Virus record (IMG/VR): IMGVR_UViG_3300030392_000176
Location: 1 to 26,160 of that record
DNA: 26,160 nt
From: a virus
Taxonomy: Duplodnaviria; Caudoviricetes
Strand: one strand, 5' to 3'
Of the stretch, positions 17,668 to 25,876 are shown piece by piece; the stretch's first letter is position 1, and each line of letters starts with the position of its first letter. Under the pieces are notes generated by a model. That model was not told where the DNA came from and searched no databases. It saw only the letters and a program-made list of their open reading frames with translations. The translations under genes and the position numbers were made by a program.

Positions 17668-17927
17668 TTTTTACCTTCTTCAGTACTGGTTTTAATATCC
17701 CATTGATTTTCTAATTCTTTTATTAATCTTTTGAAATACCATCTAGCTTTGTACAAGTCATTCAAGGGTTCATTTTTATAATTATATCTAGATAAGTATT
17801 TGATTATGTTACCTTTTAGATAACCCTCAAGTTCTTTAGGTGTTATAGAACCTTTAATTAAATCTATAGTTTCTATTGATCCTTGATTATAATGTGATGG
17901 TTTTTGTATCTTGTCAAACTCTTCCAT
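17664..17927 (-). CDS. DUF3310 protein (SaV / T7 gp1.7 nucleotide-kinase-like)
   Basis: PSHYNQGSIETID, GYLKGNIIKYLSRY and DLYKARWY. Confidence 0.88.
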   Translation of the reverse strand: MEEFDKIQKPSHYNQGSIETIDLIKGSITPKELEGYLKGNIIKYLSRYNYKNEPLNDLYKARWYFKRLIKELENQWDIKTSTEEGKK

Positions 17928-17931
17928 ATTA

Positions 17932-18285
17932 TTATCGTGGGGTAAAGGGAACTACATTGTCTCCTATATATTGAATAGGAGAAGAGTTATTTTGTTTGTT
18001 AACAGCTAATGCATATCTTCCCAATGAACGGATTGAGTCTAGTTTACTTTCATCTTGCAGCATAGATAAAACTCCATAAGCTATTTCTTTAATTAAAGTT
18101 TCTTGTTTTGTATCATCTGAAATATCAAATACTCTAACAGTAAATTCATTTTCTTTATCACCTTCTTCAATTGATATTATAACTTTATCTTTTTTAGGGT
18201 TGCCTATCTTCTCCTTATAATTAGGAATACCAAGCAAAGTTTCTAGAATATCAGAATGAACAATATATTCAGTGTCATCAGTCAT
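17932..18285 (-). CDS. Hypothetical protein
   Basis: 117 aa with a C-terminal DNVVPF motif. Overlaps the upstream gene. Confidence 0.65.
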   Translation of the reverse strand: MTDDTEYIVHSDILETLLGIPNYKEKIGNPKKDKVIISIEEGDKENEFTVRVFDISDDTKQETLIKEIAYGVLSMLQDESKLDSIRSLGRYALAVNKQNNSSPIQYIGDNVVPFTPR

Positions 18286-18628
18286 ACTTTTTTATTATCC
18301 TTTCAACTTGTTGTTTGATGAAGTGTTTTGTTTTAGGACAGTGTTCTTCAAGCTCTCCTATCGCATTCATCATAAGCTCTGGAGATATCACAAGTATACT
18401 TTGTGTCTTTAGGATGTCTTCAATTTTTGTTAAATCTTCCTTTACCTTAATACAGTTTTCTTCATATGTTAAATCTGACCAATGAGTTGTTAAGGATTTT
18501 TTTATTCTTAAATTTAAGATATTACTTTTAATAACTTCGTCTCTCTCAGAGATAGGATATAGATACCATACATTCGGATTCATTACCAAGTCTTTTTCAT
18601 GAATACGAATTTGTAAAACTATTGGCAT
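18278..18628 (-). CDS. Hypothetical protein (weak resemblance to DUF7831-like phage proteins)
   Basis: 116 aa starting MPIVLQIRIHEKDLVMNPNVWYLY. The family call rests on recollection only. Confidence 0.5.
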   Translation of the reverse strand: MPIVLQIRIHEKDLVMNPNVWYLYPISERDEVIKSNILNLRIKKSLTTHWSDLTYEENCIKVKEDLTKIEDILKTQSILVISPELMMNAIGELEEHCPKTKHFIKQQVERIIKKYD

Positions 18629-19020
18629 GTCTCTACCCTTATAGGTCTATAGAATTTTCCACCTACAAAATTATTATAGAAAGCTGGTTCATCTGTTCCT
18701 TCGATAACCTTAGTAAGAACACCTAGTTTCATTTGGTAAAAACACTCATAGTATTTTAGACTTCTCTTATTCTCATACTCTCCAATAATATTAAACGTGA
18801 AATGTTTCTTACCAACTTTCTCTATATCTTCATTCAAGTATGTTGATGAGCCTGTATATGTTTGCCATCCAGAGGAACGCTTACGTTTCTTACGTCCAAT
18901 AAAATACTGCTTACATCCTATGTATGCCTTCTTGGTTTTCTTGTTAGTTATTACATACACGAAACCAAATTTATTATCAACATCAGGAACAAAAACTTTT
19001 CGTTTATATTTCCAATGCAT
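18619..19020 (-). CDS. GIY-YIG nuclease (T4 endonuclease II-like)
   Basis: GFVYVITN...AYIGCK, WQTYTGSS, a conserved E and FYNN. Confidence 0.8.
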   Translation of the reverse strand: MHWKYKRKVFVPDVDNKFGFVYVITNKKTKKAYIGCKQYFIGRKKRKRSSGWQTYTGSSTYLNEDIEKVGKKHFTFNIIGEYENKRSLKYYECFYQMKLGVLTKVIEGTDEPAFYNNFVGGKFYRPIRVETCQ

Positions 19021-20606
19021 TATTTCAATTCTTCAAACTCTTCGTGAACTTCAGTTAAACGTCCTGTTGATAAGCTATATATTACTTTACAAGCTGGCCC
19101 TGTCAATCCAGAGAACCTATTCTTGATAACTCGTACTGTTGTTGTATGTCTCTCTATCTCATCTTCATGTTGACCATTTCTTTCCAGTCCAACAACGATG
19201 TCTGATAGCTGTCCTATACTGGCTGATCCTCTTAGCTGAGAGAGGGACGTTACAGCACCCTCTTCATGACCAGTAGACATAGGCCTACGAAGGTGAGATA
19301 CGATAAGCAAGGCAATATCAAGCTCCTGTACAACAGTACGCATCTTGGTCATGATTTCGTCCAAGGCTCGTCTTTCGTCTGTATTATTCTGATCAGAAAC
19401 TATAATGCTTATATGATCGAGTACCACATACTTACAATTAAGAGCTTTAGCAAAGTACCTTATTCTGTTTAAGATTGAATCAATAGTATTAGACCCAAAG
19501 TGATCATAGAAGAAGAGTCTTCCTGTTCCTAACGTATTGTCAAAGTATTTCTTTAGATCTTCATCATTAACAGAACCAAATTCTGAGGGTAGGTGTAAAC
19601 ATTTGTTAGCTTCGAGACTCATAAAGGCAAGCCCACTTCTCTTTACGGACTCTTCCATGAACATCATACCAACATTGTCTTCAGTGTTCTTAAAGATATG
19701 ATAGATCAACTCTCTAATAAACTGTGACTTGCCTAGACCAGAACCTGCTGTGACAGTAACAAGTTCTCCCATTCGTATACCATAAGTTAGTTCCTGTAGA
19801 CCCTGGAAAGGATAGTTGATAGCAGCCTCTGTAGCTCCTTCAACAATAGTATCCCACATATCTTGACCAGATACAATACCTTCAGGAGTATAGCTTTTAG
19901 CATCCCACCAGTCTTGTACAAAGTCTTTGTTCTTGTTCTTTGTAAGATAGTCATTAGCATCTTTGTATTTAAGGTTCATCACCTTTGCTTTAGGTGACAA
20001 CATCTCTGCTACTCTAATAGCTGCTTTCTTTCCAGCATCATCATTATCAAAACAAATAACTACTGTATCAAATGATGTTAGAAAATCATAGTTATCTGAT
20101 ACATCTTTAAGTGCTGATGCTGCACCATTACGAATAGAAACTACAGGCCACTTACTACCTAGTAGTTGATAGGCACTCATAGCATCTACTTCACCTTCAC
20201 ATAAGGTTACATACTTGCCACCCTCTGGAAAGATGTTCTGTCCAAACAGCATAGCACCTTTGATATCGCCTTCAGAAAAGAACGTCTTGTTCTCAATGTT
20301 CCTTACCTTGTTGGCTACATGTTCACCTTCTTTGTTGTAGTAAGGATAAAAGTGTTTAGTACCATTAAGCATGGTTCCGTATCGTCTACATGTATCTTCT
20401 TGAATTTTCCTATCTGGAATAGGTCCAATATTTCCTATACTCACTTTCGTATTAGAGATAGCAGGTTCCATATAGTATTCCTTATTGTTTGATGAAATAT
20501 AATAATTGCAATCGGGAGTAAAGCATTTTTTGTGACCGTCTTTATATACACCTACATTATCTTTACTACCACATTTAGGACAAGACTCATGTTTGAGAAA
20601 CGACAT
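19020..20606 (-). CDS. T7 gp4-like DNA primase-helicase
   Basis: Zn finger CPKC...CFTPDC; TOPRIM EGEVD and FDND; SF4 helicase motifs AGSGLGKS, MEE, LDHIS, VSHLRR, LRGSASIGQLSD and KNRFSG. Confidence 0.95.
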   Translation of the reverse strand: MSFLKHESCPKCGSKDNVGVYKDGHKKCFTPDCNYYISSNNKEYYMEPAISNTKVSIGNIGPIPDRKIQEDTCRRYGTMLNGTKHFYPYYNKEGEHVANKVRNIENKTFFSEGDIKGAMLFGQNIFPEGGKYVTLCEGEVDAMSAYQLLGSKWPVVSIRNGAASALKDVSDNYDFLTSFDTVVICFDNDDAGKKAAIRVAEMLSPKAKVMNLKYKDANDYLTKNKNKDFVQDWWDAKSYTPEGIVSGQDMWDTIVEGATEAAINYPFQGLQELTYGIRMGELVTVTAGSGLGKSQFIRELIYHIFKNTEDNVGMMFMEESVKRSGLAFMSLEANKCLHLPSEFGSVNDEDLKKYFDNTLGTGRLFFYDHFGSNTIDSILNRIRYFAKALNCKYVVLDHISIIVSDQNNTDERRALDEIMTKMRTVVQELDIALLIVSHLRRPMSTGHEEGAVTSLSQLRGSASIGQLSDIVVGLERNGQHEDEIERHTTTVRVIKNRFSGLTGPACKVIYSLSTGRLTEVHEEFEELK

Positions 20607-21447
20607 CTGTTTCTTTTACCTCATTAGTTATCTCAACAACTTGCGGTTCTCTATCTATATTTGTAAAGTATCTCCTTCCATCTCCATACTTAAATACTCT
20701 CATATCAGGGAAGCATGTCCACTTATAAGGACAGTAGCCACAATCTCTATTGAGTTTCATATTGCCTGACTTACCATCTGCTACAGGTACATAGCACAAA
20801 TCAGGCATGGTATCACTACTAATAATCTTCTTCAGGTCATTTATACGTTGACCAGCATTGATAAGAGATAACTCATCTATCTCTACTAGACACATCTCTC
20901 CGGTGACTTTGTTAAGTCCTAGAAGATACCCTATATCCTTACCTTCTCCTTCAACGTATCCACTTATTTGTCCAATGTATCCAAAGGGATCATCATATTC
21001 AATGCTCCTCGATGTAAATTTACGAAAAGCAAAATCACTGGCAGACTTTACATCAACAACTTCATCATCAATGGTGCAGTCTATATGACCAACTACACCA
21101 TTAACTTTTGTTTTCTTCTGTAAGTTATCTACTTTGTGTCCTGCTTCTTTAGCTAAGAAGATTACAAGTTCCTCGATGATGGAACCATAGAGAAACTTTA
21201 TTAACGTAGCCCCTGAGTAACTCTTTTTAATCTTTGGACCACGAATTTCCATCCAGATTTTACGGTCTGGCTTACCGATTGAAGACATTCGCAAAGTTTT
21301 TTCACCACTATCTCCTCTCTTTTCTTCCATCTGTTTGATGACAGCATCACGAATACCCTCCAAGAGGGCATCCAAGTTATCCTTGGATACCTTCTTGTTG
21401 GATGTAATACGATCATAGATATCTGGAATTAATTTTATAATATGCAT
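20587..21447 (-). CDS. PD-(D/E)XK exonuclease (Cas4-like)
   Basis: LRMSSIGKP, FLYG, GHIDC...VDVKSAS, YIGQISGY and CGYCPYKWTC. ATG 21447 has a GAGG RBS; GTG 21459 is an alternative start. Confidence 0.82.
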   Translation of the reverse strand: MHIIKLIPDIYDRITSNKKVSKDNLDALLEGIRDAVIKQMEEKRGDSGEKTLRMSSIGKPDRKIWMEIRGPKIKKSYSGATLIKFLYGSIIEELVIFLAKEAGHKVDNLQKKTKVNGVVGHIDCTIDDEVVDVKSASDFAFRKFTSRSIEYDDPFGYIGQISGYVEGEGKDIGYLLGLNKVTGEMCLVEIDELSLINAGQRINDLKKIISSDTMPDLCYVPVADGKSGNMKLNRDCGYCPYKWTCFPDMRVFKYGDGRRYFTNIDREPQVVEITNEVKETDVVSQT

Positions 21448-21528
21448 AGTTGCCCTCACCCTCGCCTACTATACGTCTTGATCATACGAGAACATAGTCT
21501 CTCATCACAAGCCCTGATACTCATGCTA

Positions 21529-21948
21529 CTAAACTAACTCATCATCATCATCGAAGTCTGTATCTTGCCTAAATTCTATTAGGTTAACAACTTGAACTTT
21601 ATTAAGATACAAGGATGTTCCGTTCTGGTCAACAAATCCATGAGTCTTATTAAAGGCTACTTTCGCTTTGACTTCACTACCATTACCGATAAGAGTTTCC
21701 TGATCTACAGGTCTTTTATCAGAGTCAATGATAGGTACAATATACTTTGATCGTGCCGTAACATACTCTCCACGATCATCTTCCTTATTCTTTAGATTAA
21801 CACCATGAGAAGAAAGTAGATCTTTACTCTTCTCAGAAAGTTCACCAATGTCCATTTGATACTTTTCAGAATACTCATCCTTACGGTTGAGCTTAGTCCA
21901 AAAAGCTTTACCTGATATAACGGCAGTCTCTCTTGCTGTGCTAGTCAT
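21529..21948 (-). CDS. ssb: Single-stranded DNA-binding protein (T7 gp2.5 / DUF2815-like)
   Basis: 139 aa with GKAFW, IGNGSEV, LNKVQVVNL and an acidic tail DFDDDDELV. AAGGAG RBS; lies between the polymerase and helicase genes. Confidence 0.75.
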   Translation of the reverse strand: MTSTARETAVISGKAFWTKLNRKDEYSEKYQMDIGELSEKSKDLLSSHGVNLKNKEDDRGEYVTARSKYIVPIIDSDKRPVDQETLIGNGSEVKAKVAFNKTHGFVDQNGTSLYLNKVQVVNLIEFRQDTDFDDDDELV

Positions 21949-21981
21949 AATAATTATCTCCTTAATACTATTTCATGATAT

Positions 21982-22010
21982 ATTATATTATACTTACGCT
22001 TTGTTGTCAA
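21982..22010 (-). promoter_or_regulatory. Consensus sigma70 promoter upstream of ssb
   Basis: On the - strand, TTGACA (22010-22005), a 17-nt spacer and TATAAT (21987-21982), with AT-rich flanks. Confidence 0.9.
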
Positions 22011-22033
22011 TAGAAATATTTATTATTCTCCTT

Positions 22034-22489
22034 TCAAACAGTTAACTTTACTTTCTTAATAGACTCTACAGGAATTGAATAGAATTGTTCTCCTTCTCTA
22101 ACATATCTATTAGGGACTTCAACGACGACACCTTTTTCCTTGATAATATAATCAGGAATAATCCACATTTCTTTACAGTCTTTTCTAAATATATAAAATG
22201 TTAAATTACTTTCAATTGAATCTAGTAATTTCTTTTTACGATACGGTATCCTTACATCTTTCCAGGAGGTAGGCCATTCACCTTCCCAAGAAAGTTTAAT
22301 TTCAACCTCACTAAATGTAACAATACCTCCACTAGATATACTTTTTACATCACACTTATAATCTTCTTTACTATCATGTACGATATGATTTTTACTACGC
22401 AAATACTTTTTAATTTTTCTCTTAGCTTTACCATCAGTTTGATCATATAACTTTCTATCGAATGGTTTTGTTAGTGTGTTTGTGCCCAT
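22034..22489 (-). CDS. Conserved phage protein, PD-(D/E)XK restriction-endonuclease-like fold
   Basis: YKCD...SEVEIK followed by WEGEWPTSWKDVRIPYRK. Confidence 0.6.
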   Translation of the reverse strand: MGTNTLTKPFDRKLYDQTDGKAKRKIKKYLRSKNHIVHDSKEDYKCDVKSISSGGIVTFSEVEIKLSWEGEWPTSWKDVRIPYRKKKLLDSIESNLTFYIFRKDCKEMWIIPDYIIKEKGVVVEVPNRYVREGEQFYSIPVESIKKVKLTV

Positions 22490-24198
22490 GTTACTCCAAT
22501 TTTTGCATCTGCATTCAAAGGAACTTTCATACTAAAGTAAGGGGATACTCTTGCAATACAAGGATCAGCTAAATTAACAAGTTCGTCAGCATCATCTTTG
22601 TGTACTTCGTATTGTTGTTCATCATGAATTGTATTAACTAAATAAGCTCTTAACTTTCTATTTCTAATCTCTTCATCTAAAAAGATTGCCCATTGTTTAC
22701 AACAGATAGCACCACCACCTTGAAGTAAAGTATTAAGAGCAGCATGAGGATGTCTAATCATCATTCGTCTACCGTCAATGCCTCTAATGTATCCTCTTGT
22801 TGCAAGTTTCTGTACATTTTTAACAAGACTATCAAGTTTAGGAATACTTGTCAAGAACTTTTCTCTTAACCTTTTTCCCTGCTCTGCTGAACCATTAATA
22901 ATGGAGCCTATCTTTCGATCACCGGCTCCATAAATAAAAGCATATATAAAAGTCTTGGCTGCTGTTCTGGTAGGAAGTCCAGCTAACTTTTGATTATAAG
23001 TATGAGGATCACCTTCTACAACTTCATAGATATATGATTCATCATTCATATAATTAGCTAACATTCTTAGTTCGAGACCTTTAGCATCCATACCTACAAG
23101 AACATATTCATTATTAGAAACAGTCCAGCATGATCTACACTCTTCGCCGTAAGGTTTATTGTTAGCTATTATATTAGCCATGTTAGGTTCAGAATGCACC
23201 ATACGTCCTGTTACCGCACCCATTGTGATAACACGGCCATGCACTCTATTATCTTTATCAACTACACTGATCCAGCTTTCGATAGTCTTGGCTCTGGTCT
23301 TTAACATCTTCCATTCTGCTAGTCTCTTAATCTCTTCTGGTGCTGAAGAGGATATTGTTTGTAGATTCTTCTCACTTATCTTAGGTGATCCTTTAGGAGT
23401 AAACTCTACAGGCTTCCAACCATATTGATTTAATCTCTCAATAATTTGCTTTGGTGATGCAAGATTAAATTTCTCAAACTCGATTGCACAAAAATCACCA
23501 ACAATAAGATTGGTATCATACTTCTTTAATCCTACATTAGATCGTGTGCCATCTTTCTTGATCTTTATCTTAACCTCTTTAATGAACTTTACTCTCAAAG
23601 GAACTTTACTCAAGATATTATCTTCTATGTTCTTAGCTTCTGTTACTACTTCCATCATTAACTTATGTGCTTTTTCTACATCAAGATAGAAGCCATGTCG
23701 TTCTTGTTTGTTCAGAACATGTCTGATTTTATGTTCTAACCTGATAGATTTGTCAGAGAAATCTCTTCTCTCTATGTCCATCAGGTAATGATATAGCTTA
23801 TAAGTAATTTCAACATCGTTAATGCAATACTTTAACATCTCACTATTAAACTCTGAGAAGTCTAAGTATTCTATCTTTTCTAAGTCGAGTCTCTTACCCC
23901 AAGCAGCAAGAGAATGCTTACCTTCTCTATCAGGATTGAATAAAGCAGATAACAAAAAGGTGTCTACTATTTTTGATATAGGAATACAAGAGTTCCATAG
24001 CCTGTTCAGAACTGGTGCATCAAAGGATACGATATTGTGTCCTACAAGTATGTCATAATTCAAGATGAACTTATTGAAGATACTAGCTTTAGTAAAATAA
24101 TTTAATGTTTCTGTCTGTCCATCTTTGCATACTACGACATGTATCTTTTCTGCATCTAATTTATCTGTCTCTATATCGAGAAATAATATCTTCAGCAT
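22471..24198 (-). CDS. polA: Family A DNA polymerase with 3'-5' exonuclease (T7-like)
   Basis: Exo motifs LDIETD, GHNIVSFD, YCINDV; TGR; motif A DAKGLELR; motif B RxxxKTFIYAFIYG; motif C IHDE. ATG 24198 is preferred over 24225. Confidence 0.96.
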   Translation of the reverse strand: MLKILFLDIETDKLDAEKIHVVVCKDGQTETLNYFTKASIFNKFILNYDILVGHNIVSFDAPVLNRLWNSCIPISKIVDTFLLSALFNPDREGKHSLAAWGKRLDLEKIEYLDFSEFNSEMLKYCINDVEITYKLYHYLMDIERRDFSDKSIRLEHKIRHVLNKQERHGFYLDVEKAHKLMMEVVTEAKNIEDNILSKVPLRVKFIKEVKIKIKKDGTRSNVGLKKYDTNLIVGDFCAIEFEKFNLASPKQIIERLNQYGWKPVEFTPKGSPKISEKNLQTISSSAPEEIKRLAEWKMLKTRAKTIESWISVVDKDNRVHGRVITMGAVTGRMVHSEPNMANIIANNKPYGEECRSCWTVSNNEYVLVGMDAKGLELRMLANYMNDESYIYEVVEGDPHTYNQKLAGLPTRTAAKTFIYAFIYGAGDRKIGSIINGSAEQGKRLREKFLTSIPKLDSLVKNVQKLATRGYIRGIDGRRMMIRHPHAALNTLLQGGGAICCKQWAIFLDEEIRNRKLRAYLVNTIHDEQQYEVHKDDADELVNLADPCIARVSPYFSMKVPLNADAKIGVTWAQTH

Positions 24199-24403
24199 TT
24201 CTCTCTGCTTCTTCTTCAGTTTCACCAGTCGCTATAATTGTCCACTTAAAAGGAAATTGAAAATATGAATTTTTCTTTTTGTGATATGTCTTCCAGTTTT
24301 TCTTTTCCCATTTATCCAAGATAGACAAGTGTATCTCAGCCCATGTTCTATAGAGGCTGTCTATTCCTTTTCTTATTTCTACTTTGTCTATAAGATTCAT
24401 CAA
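24161..24403 (-). CDS. Hypothetical protein
   Basis: 80-aa ORF in the - strand operon. The start is uncertain. Confidence 0.5.
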   Translation of the reverse strand: MMNLIDKVEIRKGIDSLYRTWAEIHLSILDKWEKKNWKTYHKKKNSYFQFPFKWTIIATGETEEEAERNAEDIISRYRDR

Positions 24404-24509
24404 ACTTGTCCTTCTTTTTTTTGTAATACTTACTTTTTAATAATCTATTCCACTTCCATTCTTTCTTACTCCTCTTAGGAGTGGAGGATAAATTTTCTTC
24501 TGTCCTCAT
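24348..24509 (-). CDS. 53-aa highly basic peptide (not in ORF track)
   Basis: MRTEENLSSTPKRSKKEWKWNRLLKSKYYKKKKDKFDESYRQSRNKKRNRQPL*. It bridges the 24404-24474 gap. Confidence 0.45.
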   Translation of the reverse strand: MRTEENLSSTPKRSKKEWKWNRLLKSKYYKKKKDKFDESYRQSRNKKRNRQPL

Positions 24510-24720
24510 CGTCAATTTCCTTTTCTTTATTAGCCCAAATAAATTGTATATGACAACTACTGGTAACTTCTTGTAACAAAGTTGAGTGATCTACGATAAG
24601 TTTATTTACTAAATTTATAAAAGGATCTGATACATTAGTATTCTTTTTAGAGTTTAACATACTAACTAATTTTCTATATTCACTACTCGTTAAATTAAAA
24701 TAAACAATAGGAGTATCCAT
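24475..24720 (-). CDS. Hypothetical protein
   Basis: 81 aa with a GAGGA RBS. Confidence 0.6.
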   Translation of the reverse strand: MDTPIVYFNLTSSEYRKLVSMLNSKKNTNVSDPFINLVNKLIVDHSTLLQEVTSSCHIQFIWANKEKEIDDEDRRKFILHS

Positions 24721-24722
24721 GT

Positions 24723-25094
24723 TTAAGTATCCTCTTCAAATATTTTTTTATATTTTTCATGGCTTTGTTTAAGTTTATTCCACTGTGACATTCTTATTCG
24801 TGAACGAGTTACAAAAGTTTCAATAGGATCTCCTGGATGATACGATAAGTGTGCCCATTTGCGTCCTTCTTTAACATATACCTTTCTTATTCCTGATCCT
24901 ATTCTTGGTACTTCATTATTAAAATGAATTCTATAAGGTTTACCATACTTCTTTTGTTTAATCAAGTCCCATTCTTCATACTTTTTTCGTGTATCTTCTA
25001 AGTAATTTGGTTGATGTATTTTCCTAGGTCTACCACGTTTCTTATATCTTTTAAGAAAGTCTGGTATAGCCAATAGATCATGCATGTTCTTCAA
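24723..25094 (-). CDS. Hypothetical basic protein
   Basis: 123 aa with LAIPDFLKR, an AT-hook-like KRGRPRK and PRIGSGIR...GRKWA. Confidence 0.65.
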   Translation of the reverse strand: MKNMHDLLAIPDFLKRYKKRGRPRKIHQPNYLEDTRKKYEEWDLIKQKKYGKPYRIHFNNEVPRIGSGIRKVYVKEGRKWAHLSYHPGDPIETFVTRSRIRMSQWNKLKQSHEKYKKIFEEDT

Positions 25095-25266
25095 GATACT
25101 CTTCTAGTTCTTCTCTATCGTATCCCATTTCGATAAAGTTATTAATTAAAACATTAAAACTAATTTCACCATACTCATACATTTGGATATACCCATTAAC
25201 TTTTCCTAACCATGTATCTAACTTATATTTTCTCCAATGTTCTTCAAACTGTATGATGTTATCCAT
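25078..25266 (-). CDS. Hypothetical protein
   Basis: 62 aa with an AAGGA RBS. Confidence 0.6.
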   Translation of the reverse strand: MDNIIQFEEHWRKYKLDTWLGKVNGYIQMYEYGEISFNVLINNFIEMGYDREELEEYLEEHA

Positions 25267-25303
25267 GTTGTATTCCTTTTATTTAATACAATAGTATTAC
25301 ACA

Positions 25304-25687
25304 CTAGTATAGTTCGTACTTCCCTTCACCCGCATCGGTACTATAGAATGTTCGTTTGATGCCAACCTCCTGTATCAACTTGGCACAGACATCGCATGGC
25401 TTACTAAGAGCCAGAGTATTATTCTTTAGCACCCTTGCAATGTACAAGTCAAGTCCTTCACAGTTATCAATACCCGCTCTAATGATTGCGTGTTGTTCCG
25501 CATGAAGGTACGGCCACGCTGTTCTCTTACTCATAAGAGGGTGTGTCTTGTAGCTGTTAGTTCCAACTGACACAATATTATTCTTATGCACCAGCACAGC
25601 GCCAAGACGGAACCTACTTTTCGAGCCAACCCCATTCCCTGTCAGTGCTACTGCATAAGCCGCAGTTTCAAACTTCTGCTTCATCAA
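25304..25687 (-). CDS. Zn-dependent cytidine/dCMP deaminase-superfamily protein
   Basis: LGAVLV, GTN, HAE and PCDVC motifs. Confidence 0.85.
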   Translation of the reverse strand: MMKQKFETAAYAVALTGNGVGSKSRFRLGAVLVHKNNIVSVGTNSYKTHPLMSKRTAWPYLHAEQHAIIRAGIDNCEGLDLYIARVLKNNTLALSKPCDVCAKLIQEVGIKRTFYSTDAGEGKYELY

Positions 25688-25866
25688 CTGTTTAGATCGA
25701 GATACACATGACCGTGATGCAAAATATCATCACCGACATGCGCTGCAAAGTTACATCTCCCAAAAAACTCGCCGTCGAGATGAATAGTTACGTCATCATC
25801 GAGTTGTTCCTCCGTTAGGTTTTTGAGGATAGATGACATAATTCTGTAGGTCATTCTGTATGACAT
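25684..25866 (-). CDS. Hypothetical protein
   Basis: 60 aa with LTEEQLDDDVTI. Overlaps the deaminase start. Confidence 0.6.
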   Translation of the reverse strand: MSYRMTYRIMSSILKNLTEEQLDDDVTIHLDGEFFGRCNFAAHVGDDILHHGHVYLDLNS

Positions 25867-25876
25867 TGCTTACCCT

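Noticed and set aside
20587-21447. Cas4-like nuclease as evidence of a CRISPR system
   Set aside because: There is no array or other cas gene. Solo Cas4-like exonucleases are ordinary in phage replication modules.
14475-24198. Inteins or introns in nrdJ, the helicase or polA; GIY-YIG as a homing endonuclease
   Set aside because: The genes are of compact length with contiguous motifs. The GIY-YIG ORF is free-standing and lacks a C-terminal DNA-binding region.
24453-24475. GAGGAGTAAG...AGAATG on the - strand resembling the cassette RBS at 13106
   Set aside because: It is a short purine-rich match leading only to a 4-codon ORF and is probably chance.
13294-24478. Shadow ORFs at 13294-13485, 13850-14065, 18797-19126, 18862-19047, 19266-19472, 20858-21088, 21201-21416, 23159-23428, 23822-24058 and 24281-24478
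   Set aside because: They overlap better-supported genes on the other strand or frame.
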